DNA from: Clostridiaceae bacterium
GTDB lineage: Bacteria > Bacillota > Clostridia > Clostridiales > Caloramatoraceae
Length of the DNA stretch: 24,000 bases
Assembly (NCBI GenBank): GCA_041639705.1
Contig: JBEQBT010000003.1
Coordinates: forward strand, 15,001 to 39,000
Reading direction: 5' to 3'
The notes beneath the pieces are model-generated. The model saw nothing but the letters and a program-made list of their open reading frames with translations, did not search any database and had not been told where the DNA came from. Made by a program: the position numbers and the translations under genes. Shown piece after piece: positions 17,547 through 24,000 of this stretch (positions within the stretch are counted from its first letter, which is position 1; every line of letters begins with the position of its first letter).

Positions 17547-18461
17547 TTATAATTCTGTAATTGCAAAAACTACCTTAATTGGCTTGTTTTCAAAATTAAC
17601 CAGTTGATATTTAGTTCCGGCTGGCAGGAAAAATGAGTCTTCTGGTTCCAGCACATAACTTTCTTGCATATCAACAAGATTAACAGTTACTGGTCCATCA
17701 ATACAATATAACGCTCCATCACCTTTATGGGAATCAGGATCTGAGCAACGTGGTCCATATCCACCTGCAGGAAGAATCATCTCTCCCATATGTCCATAGT
17801 TATTGCTTGATATAAATCTCAAAAGCATTGGATGTGCTGTTCCATGTACGTTATTTAATTTTTCGAATTCACGTACTGCATACACAGCTCCTGTCTTTCT
17901 GGCTTCTTCCGGTTCCACCGGCCAAGCGCCAATATCGTCCGTACAACCCTGTCTTGAAATATCATGAATCTTGCCCTTCATGTTAGGTAATTGATCATTA
18001 TTCTGCCCTTTATAAAACTTAGTATCACTATCTTCTGGAATGACAGTTGGGGGAATTGATTCACTCCAAGCCTTTGGAGTTATAAAGTAAAGGATTCTGG
18101 CTTTTTCTGCTGAAAAATTATGGCAGCAGTGCCATGCACCTTCTGGCATGTAAAGCCCTTCTCCGGTTTCAAGATATGCAAACTGTCCATTTCCGCTTCT
18201 TTGAACTACCGGGCCATTTAAAATATAATAGGTTTCATCTCCTGGATGAATGTCAAGAGGTGCAAATACACCACCTGGCCCTAATTCATAGATTCCAAGC
18301 ATAAATGTGTCAGTTGTAACTATTGTAAATGTATTATCTGAAGTAAATGCATTATTAGGTGGATATAGTGCTGTAGAATAATCATGTTTGCGAATCAACA
18401 TTGGCCTTTTTTCATCTTTTTTAAACGGAAAATTTTCCAATATATCAAATAATTTTGCCAT
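17547..18461 (-). CDS. Two-domain (bicupin) cupin protein
   Basis: 304 aa; first cupin GPGGVFAPLDIHPGDETYYILNGPVV...GEGLYMPEGAWHCCHNF; second cupin LPAGGYGPRCSDPDSHKGDGALYCIDGPVTV...PEDSFFLPAGTKYQLVN. Confidence 0.8.
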   Translation of the reverse strand: MAKLFDILENFPFKKDEKRPMLIRKHDYSTALYPPNNAFTSDNTFTIVTTDTFMLGIYELGPGGVFAPLDIHPGDETYYILNGPVVQRSGNGQFAYLETGEGLYMPEGAWHCCHNFSAEKARILYFITPKAWSESIPPTVIPEDSDTKFYKGQNNDQLPNMKGKIHDISRQGCTDDIGAWPVEPEEARKTGAVYAVREFEKLNNVHGTAHPMLLRFISSNNYGHMGEMILPAGGYGPRCSDPDSHKGDGALYCIDGPVTVNLVDMQESYVLEPEDSFFLPAGTKYQLVNFENKPIKVVFAITEL

Positions 18462-18479
18462 TATAAAACCTCCATAACT

Positions 18480-19358
18480 TTACTTTCCATTTTTAAATGT
18501 AGAAATAACATTTTTTGCATAATCCTTCATAAATACATAAGCCTCTTCCTGTAGTTCATGGTATGGAATCTTTCCATTTGTTTCTGCAATTCTATCACCA
18601 ACATACTTTGTTGTTGCTTTTGCCATATATGAATAATAATTTATTTTAGAACATCCTGCATTTATTGCTTTCTTTACCTGATCAAACTCCACACCGGATG
18701 CTCCATGCATTACCACGCGGCAGTCCTTTGGCAGTGCATCGCGGATTGCAGAAACTCTGTCAATATCAAGTACTGGAGGTTCCGCATAGATTCCATGCAT
18801 TGTGCCGAAGCATACTGCAAGCGCATCACATCCAGTTTCTTTTGCAAATATTTTTGCTTCCTTAGGATCCGTAAAGAACTTTTTGATATCTTGATTGGTA
18901 AGTACACGGCTTTCTGCATCTCCATGGCTGTCTTCCTCAGTAGATGCCATTATACCCAGTTCTGCTTCTACTGTAATATCTAATTCATGTGCTATTTTAA
19001 CAAATTCCTTTACTCTTCTTACATTCTCTTCAAATGGTAAAGCACTGCAGTCATACATAATTGAAGGAAATCCAATACGGATAGCTCTCATAACAAAAGT
19101 GTAGTTAGTAGCATGATCCAAATGAACACATACTGGAACTGATGCTTCTTTTGCATATTTCAGCATTTCTATGCCTATTCTCTCCAATGGTATTACTGTA
19201 TCATGAACTTCTGCATGATCAATTATGATTGGTGTATTCAACTCTTCAGCTGCTCCAATCACTGCACGAAGTGTCTCTACATTTGGAGTATTAATACATG
19301 GTATTGCATATTTTTCTTTTTCTGCTATTTCTAGAATTTGTCTCATATTTACTAACAT
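18480..19358 (-). CDS. Class II fructose-bisphosphate/ketose aldolase family protein
   Basis: 292 aa; VCVHLDHATNYTFVMRAIRIGFPSIMYDCSALPFEENV, VEAELG, FGTMHGIY, VVMHGASGV, AGCSKINYYS. Confidence 0.9.
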   Translation of the reverse strand: MLVNMRQILEIAEKEKYAIPCINTPNVETLRAVIGAAEELNTPIIIDHAEVHDTVIPLERIGIEMLKYAKEASVPVCVHLDHATNYTFVMRAIRIGFPSIMYDCSALPFEENVRRVKEFVKIAHELDITVEAELGIMASTEEDSHGDAESRVLTNQDIKKFFTDPKEAKIFAKETGCDALAVCFGTMHGIYAEPPVLDIDRVSAIRDALPKDCRVVMHGASGVEFDQVKKAINAGCSKINYYSYMAKATTKYVGDRIAETNGKIPYHELQEEAYVFMKDYAKNVISTFKNGK

Positions 19359-19632
19359 CTATTCACTCTCCTATAACATAATGTTTAATGTATATTTTCC
19401 AGGAATTGCTGTATGTTAAAAGCTTCCTAAAACTTTCTAAAGAAATTATTTTTCTTCCAGCAGAAATTAACACCTCCATATCCTTTTCTTTATTTTACTG
19501 CTTTCATTCTCCTTAATTCTCATTTGTTGTTTTTTATTATTGATTTCTATTACATACTAATGTTATATCATTTTAATTTGGCAATGTCAATTGATTATCG
19601 TGTATTTTTTATGTTTTTATTGTTATTTTAAT

Positions 19633-19646
19633 GTAAAACGCTAACA
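19633..19646. promoter_or_regulatory. Possible catabolite-responsive (cre-like) element
   Basis: GTAAAACGCTAACA matches TGWAANCGNTNWCA at 12 of 14 positions by eye, in the 5' region of the minus-strand aldolase gene. Confidence 0.3.
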
Positions 19647-19700
19647 ATTAACAATTCGGAGGTTATTGGATCAAAGGAGATAATTTTTAGCTTACAAAAA

Positions 19701-19743
19701 ACAAGGATAAAAAAGTACTTGTTATACTTTATTTATCCCTTGT
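19701..19743 (-). terminator. Rho-independent terminator after the PTS IIA-IIB-IIC operon
   Basis: Imperfect long stem ACAAGG-ATAAAAAAGTA ... TACTTTATTTATCCCTTGT, followed on the minus strand by TTTTTT (plus-strand AAAAAA just left of the stem). Confidence 0.7.
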
Positions 19744-19799
19744 CCAATAAAATTAATCAATTATAATATTTCACATAACATTTTCACATGTAGTAATTA

Positions 19800-20852
19800 T
19801 TAAAAACTAAGAGCATTCTCTTCTGATTCTTCAGTAGTTACATCAACATTGCGCTTTAATAGAACAAGCATTAATGCAGTAACAAGACTTGATAATGCGA
19901 ATACGCCCATCCAAACAAGAGGTTTATTAGCAAGGAATATTACGAATAATCCACCGTGAGGAGCTTGTAATGTTAATCCTGCAGCATAAGATAAAGCTGC
20001 ACCAAATGCGCTGCCTACCATCAAGGAAGGTATTACTCTACCAGGATCTGCAACAGCATAAGGAATTGCAAATTCAGTTATCATTGCAAAACCACCTATA
20101 ACACATCCTCCAAGACCTTTTCTCTCTAAGTTAGTAAACTTCTTCTTTGCGATTAACATAGCAATTGCAATACCCATCGGAGGAGCCATTGAAGCTACGA
20201 AATTTGCAGCCATTGGTCCCCAGTTATTTGCTGATGAAGCTGCTAAAGCAAAGGCATATGCTGCTTTATTAACAGGACCACCCATGTCAAATGCTAACAT
20301 TGCTCCCTGAATTAATCCAAGAATTAATAAGCTGCCACCATTTAAGCCATTAAGTAAATCGGTCATAGTAGTGTTAAGCCATGTAACTGGAATTCCTATA
20401 ATATAAGTCATGATAACCCCAACCAGGAATGTACCAAATAAAGGTATAATAAGTGTAGGCAGAAGTGATTTAATGCTTACAGGAAGCTTGATTTTCTTAA
20501 GAGCTACTACAATATATCCAGCAATAATACCACCAATCATTGCTCCTAAAAATCCAGAGCCTTGGTTACTTGCAATCATACCCGCAACAAATCCTGGAGC
20601 AATACCTGGTCTGTCAGCAAGTGAATATGAAATGTATCCGGCAAGAGCTGGTATCATAAGTCCGAAAGCTACTTTACCCCATGTGAACATACTAGCTGCA
20701 AATGATTCTGTTTTAAAAACGAAAATACCTCCAAATGCAAAACCAAGTGCGATAAGTATTCCTCCTGGGATAACAAATGGAATCATGTACGAAACGCCTG
20801 TAAGCAATGCCCTTTTGATGTCATTTCCTACTTCCTTAAAAGATTTACTCAT
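19800..20852 (-). CDS. PTS fructose-type EIIC
   Basis: 350 aa polytopic; GVSYMIPFVIPGGILIALGFAFGG, GPVNKAAYAFALAASSANNWGPMAANFVASMAPPMGIAIA. Confidence 0.93.
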   Translation of the reverse strand: MSKSFKEVGNDIKRALLTGVSYMIPFVIPGGILIALGFAFGGIFVFKTESFAASMFTWGKVAFGLMIPALAGYISYSLADRPGIAPGFVAGMIASNQGSGFLGAMIGGIIAGYIVVALKKIKLPVSIKSLLPTLIIPLFGTFLVGVIMTYIIGIPVTWLNTTMTDLLNGLNGGSLLILGLIQGAMLAFDMGGPVNKAAYAFALAASSANNWGPMAANFVASMAPPMGIAIAMLIAKKKFTNLERKGLGGCVIGGFAMITEFAIPYAVADPGRVIPSLMVGSAFGAALSYAAGLTLQAPHGGLFVIFLANKPLVWMGVFALSSLVTALMLVLLKRNVDVTTEESEENALSF

Positions 20853-20953
20853 AAAATGACCTCCTTTTATAAAATTATGAATAGTAATTATATATATTTT
20901 AGTAATATATATACATCATTAATAAGAGTGGCGCTTAAGTATTCTAAAAAATA

Positions 20954-21277
20954 TTACTGGTTATTTTCAATGATTTTCATAGCTTTTTCAAAAACAGACT
21001 CTGGATCTTTAATCATTTCATGAGGTGATGACTGAAAAATTTTTTCCTTTACTTTTGAAAATCTCTCTACTGCTGTTATGTTCACATCATTTGCGAATAT
21101 TATTAAATCAGCACTTTGTATATCAGTGCTTGACAATTGATTCTCAATGCCCAAAGCTCCCTGAATTTCCACCTTTACCTGGAATCCCTTTTTCTTTGCT
21201 ATCTTCTTTATTGCTTCTGCAGACATATAGGAATGAGCAATCCCTGTCGCACATGAAGTAACTGCAACTATTTTCAT
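20954..21277 (-). CDS. PTS fructose-type EIIB
   Basis: 107 aa; MKIVAVTSCATGIAHSYMSAEAIKK. Confidence 0.93.
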   Translation of the reverse strand: MKIVAVTSCATGIAHSYMSAEAIKKIAKKKGFQVKVEIQGALGIENQLSSTDIQSADLIIFANDVNITAVERFSKVKEKIFQSSPHEMIKDPESVFEKAMKIIENNQ

Positions 21278-21302
21278 TTTTCTCCCCCTTATCTAATAAC
21301 TT

Positions 21303-21800
21303 CTATTCACTTAACATTGATTCTGCTGTTTTAATAGCAGAAATAAGATCCTCATAATTTTGAGACTTGTATATTTTTTCAACAAATTCATCATATATAA
21401 GTAAACGGGATAAAGTAGATAAAATTCTTATGTAATCATTTGATGAAACACTTTTAGGAATAGCCAGCATAAAAATAATTTTAGCTGTTCCTACTTCCCC
21501 ATTGGATTCATAAAGAACTCCATTTGAACAACGACAAAATGCAATTGTAGGGCTTGTAACTGTCTCACTTTTCCCATGTGGTATTGCTATATAATTTCCC
21601 ATATATGTGGATCCCATATCTTCTCTCTCGTATAAAGACTTTAAAAACTCCTCTTCGGATTTAACCTTACCTGCTTTAAACAAAAGTGAAACCATATGAT
21701 GAAATAAATCATCTTTATCATTAAAACTACCATCATTTAAATCAACTATATTTGGTAATAATACTTCGGATATATGAAAGTCAAACATTAATATGTGCAC
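21303..21800 (-). CDS. PTS fructose-type EIIA
   Basis: 165 aa; MGNYIAIPHGKSETVTSPTIAFCR around the active-site His. Confidence 0.92.
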   Translation of the reverse strand: MHILMFDFHISEVLLPNIVDLNDGSFNDKDDLFHHMVSLLFKAGKVKSEEEFLKSLYEREDMGSTYMGNYIAIPHGKSETVTSPTIAFCRCSNGVLYESNGEVGTAKIIFMLAIPKSVSSNDYIRILSTLSRLLIYDEFVEKIYKSQNYEDLISAIKTAESMLSE

Positions 21801-22172
21801 CTCCTATTTCATGTAGTTTCCTCATGTAGTAATTTACACCATGTATTAGTAACTTGCATTTTAGAACATTTCTTACATATTAACCAGCATAACAATATCC
21901 CCTTTCTCAAAATAAAATTTTAAATGTTCCAAATGCATTTAATTGAATTCACCAGATCTCATTAATTCAATTTTATTCTATTCAGCATTAAAAGTCAATA
22001 TATGAGAAAAATATTTTTATCATTTTCTCTCATTTATTATCATTTTAATTTTTTATCTGACATATACTATATATAATTTAGTATGATGTTTTTGCTTAAA
22101 AGAAATAAACCAGGAACCAATCTGGCTTAATCCATTTTACATATATTGTTTAAATTAAACCTTAAACTAAAT

Positions 22173-22209
22173 AAAAATTTCTTATGTAACTAAAACATAA
22201 GAAATTTTT
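22173..22209 (-). terminator. Terminator-like hairpin after the DeoR gene
   Basis: Perfect 15-bp stem AAAAATTTCTTATGT (22173-22187) / ACATAAGAAATTTTT (22195-22209), loop AACTAAA, A/T-rich ends. Confidence 0.7.
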
Positions 22210-22251
22210 GGATAAAATTCATCAATATATGATGACAAACACGAAGTTGTA

Positions 22252-23073
22252 TCATTCTATTACCGGTGCAACCATAACATTAATTCCAGCGGCACGAATT
22301 GATTCTATAACTTCTGGTGAGACACCATCATCAGTTATTATGTAATCTACTCTTTTTAATGGTGCTACTGGCATAACACAAACACGTCCTATTTTAGTAT
22401 GATCTGCAACAATTATTAATTGGGAACATGACTCAATCATTTTTTTCTTTATTGATGCAACTGCAGGAACCATTGAATTAGCTACCGTGAGACCTTGCTG
22501 CAAAGATATGCCATCAATTCCTAAAATGAGCTTGTGAGGCATAAATCTGCTAACAAAATCATTTGTTAGGTCTCCAATTAACACACAATTTTCCTTATAG
22601 ACTATTCCTCCTGCCAAGTATACAGCTGAATCTTTTATAGAAATTAAATCATTCAACATATAAAAGGAATTTGTAATAATTGTTAATCCGCTTTTATCAC
22701 CTAAATTCTTTGCTACACATTGTGTGGTGCTCCCGCCATCAATCATAATAGTATCACCATTATTTATTAAAGAAGCAGTCAGTTTACCTATTGCATACTT
22801 CTCAGCCTGATTTTTTTCAATCCTCAAGTTTATATCCAATATATTTCTGACCATTTCCTTTCCATCTTCAGCATTTAAATCATTAAGTAAAATTGCACCG
22901 CCATGGGTACGTTTGATTAATCTACGAGATTCTAATTCTGCCAAGTCCATGCGAACTGTAGACCTGCTCATACCAAACTCATCTGCTAATTCATTAACAA
23001 GTACCTTTTTCTTTTCTAAAATTTTTTTATAAATCAATTCAAGTCGTTCTTCAGGAAATATTTTTTTATCCAT
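22252..23073 (-). CDS. DeoR/GlpR-family transcriptional regulator
   Basis: 273 aa; ILEKKKVLVNELADEFGMSRSTVRMDLAELESRRLIKRTHGGA, TIMIDGGSTTQCVAKNL. Confidence 0.92.
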   Translation of the reverse strand: MDKKIFPEERLELIYKKILEKKKVLVNELADEFGMSRSTVRMDLAELESRRLIKRTHGGAILLNDLNAEDGKEMVRNILDINLRIEKNQAEKYAIGKLTASLINNGDTIMIDGGSTTQCVAKNLGDKSGLTIITNSFYMLNDLISIKDSAVYLAGGIVYKENCVLIGDLTNDFVSRFMPHKLILGIDGISLQQGLTVANSMVPAVASIKKKMIESCSQLIIVADHTKIGRVCVMPVAPLKRVDYIITDDGVSPEVIESIRAAGINVMVAPVIE

Positions 23074-23488
23074 ATTCTCCCTCCTTTTATATTGTTTTTG
23101 TACACCTTTGTAATAAAAGACAACATATAATTATCTTAACTAAGTTATTATCGACTTCTGAGGTAAAGAAGTAACTAATAAAATTAAATGACTATGAATA
23201 CCACCAAAAGCCAGGTGATTAAATAGAAGAACCTCCTCTTGCTGTGCACTTTTTCTCATATGAATTTCATATTTCTTTGTAATATATCCTGCTAATATTA
23301 TATTTTACTATAAAATTTAAGCGATTTCTATTGAATTTGTATTATTTCAATAATAAAATATTATTAAAATAGCATTTAACGTTAATTAAGATTGTTAAAT
23401 GCTTGCATTCAACAATCTTTTAATTGATTTCTTTGTCTTTAAAACCATAAATTATTTATTGAGGAAGATATGGAAAAAATAGATCCTC

Positions 23489-23683
23489 CTACCTCCCCTT
23501 CTTTTTCTGCAGAACCCTCATAACATCCTCATCTATTGTTCCTCTAGCTATAATGTGATTCACAATCACATGCTCCTCTTGTCCCTGCCTATGAAGTCTT
23601 GCATTAGCCTGTTGATATAACTCTAATCTCCAGGTTAAACCAAACCATACTATCACATTTCCTCCAAATTGAAGATTAGAATT
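23489..23683 (-). pseudogene. C-terminal remnant of a phage-type SNF2/DEAD helicase
   Basis: Hand translation of the minus strand: GYSQGNSNLQFGGNVIVWFGLTWRLELYQQANARLHRQGQEEHVIVNHIIARGTIDEDVMRVLQKKKGR*, stop at 23491-23489. It matches the helicase motif V/VI region; upstream frame is interrupted by a stop. Confidence 0.75.
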
Positions 23684-23740
23684 ACCTTGACTATACCCTA
23701 AGTTACCCTATGTGACAGCCACATCACAAGTTTTATATCC

Positions 23741-23762
23741 TACATCTGATGAGGCTAGCGCC
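23741..23762. repeat. Degenerate half copy of the GGTGCCAG palindrome
   Basis: CATCTGATGAGGCTAGCGCC resembles the right arm TATCTGATGAGGCTGGCACC of the full copies. Confidence 0.6.
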
Positions 23763-23768
23763 TATACT

Positions 23769-24000
23769 CTATATAAAAAATTCCTCTATGGTTTCTCCAT
23801 TTTCAATGTTTAAAAACCTGACTGCTCCATCTTCAAATACTGCAGCAGAGGGAATTCCATCTCCCTTGGGAACTCCAATACTTCCAGGATTAATAAACAC
23901 AGTTCTGCCATAGATCTCATATTTTCTTATATGTGTATGTCCTGTTATCATAATATCAACTCTGTAAGCTTCTGCAATTTGGTTCAGTTTAGCCTGATCC
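23769..24000 (-). CDS. YfcE-like metallophosphoesterase (3' part; gene runs past the window end)
   Basis: ...DQAKLNQIAEAYRVDIMITGHTHIRKYEIYGRTVFINPGSIGVPKGDGIPSAAVFEDGAVRFLN...; GHTH and NPGS motifs. Confidence 0.88.
   Translation of the reverse strand, partial: DQAKLNQIAEAYRVDIMITGHTHIRKYEIYGRTVFINPGSIGVPKGDGIPSAAVFEDGAVRFLNIENGETIEEFFI

Noticed and set aside
18665-19104. Small ORFs on both strands over the aldolase gene
   Set aside because: Overlap a well-supported aldolase; no independent evidence.
1-24000. CRISPR array, retron, or other regular spaced-repeat array
   Set aside because: No regularly spaced direct repeats, Cas genes or reverse transcriptase were seen. The CAGATAT heptamers are confined to palindrome arms.

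Overview
Low-GC Firmicutes/Clostridium-like chromosome segment. By content: (i) minus-strand 5' part of a BglG/LicR-type PRD-PTS regulator (1-1624); (ii) a small decayed accessory stretch (~1970-5070) with a membrane-anchored hypothetical protein, an FRG-domain fragment, a frameshifted unknown gene and an apparently intact MNT/HEPN (MntA/HepT, type VII) toxin-antitoxin pair, bracketed by two near-identical long palindromes; (iii) a stand-alone 5'-3' exonuclease and a YcxB-like protein; (iv) a complete sgc-like operon (sgcR-A-X-B-C-Q-E order on the minus strand); (v) an unusual catabolic locus: RpiB, DhaL, DhaK, ketose-3-epimerase-like TIM barrel, HAD phosphatase, bicupin and class II aldolase, adjacent to a fructose-type PTS (IIA, IIB, IIC) and a DeoR regulator; (vi) the C-terminal remnant of a phage-type SNF2 helicase and the 3' end of a YfcE-like phosphodiesterase. 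The noncoding signals most worth a second look are the GGTGCCAGCCTCATCAGATAT palindrome family (two full copies whose arms differ symmetrically by one 7-bp unit, plus one degenerate half copy) and a three-hairpin cluster between rpiB and sgcR that may be a remnant IS605/TnpB right end (omega-RNA-like). I found no CRISPR array, rRNA or tRNA, and no clearly new defence system.
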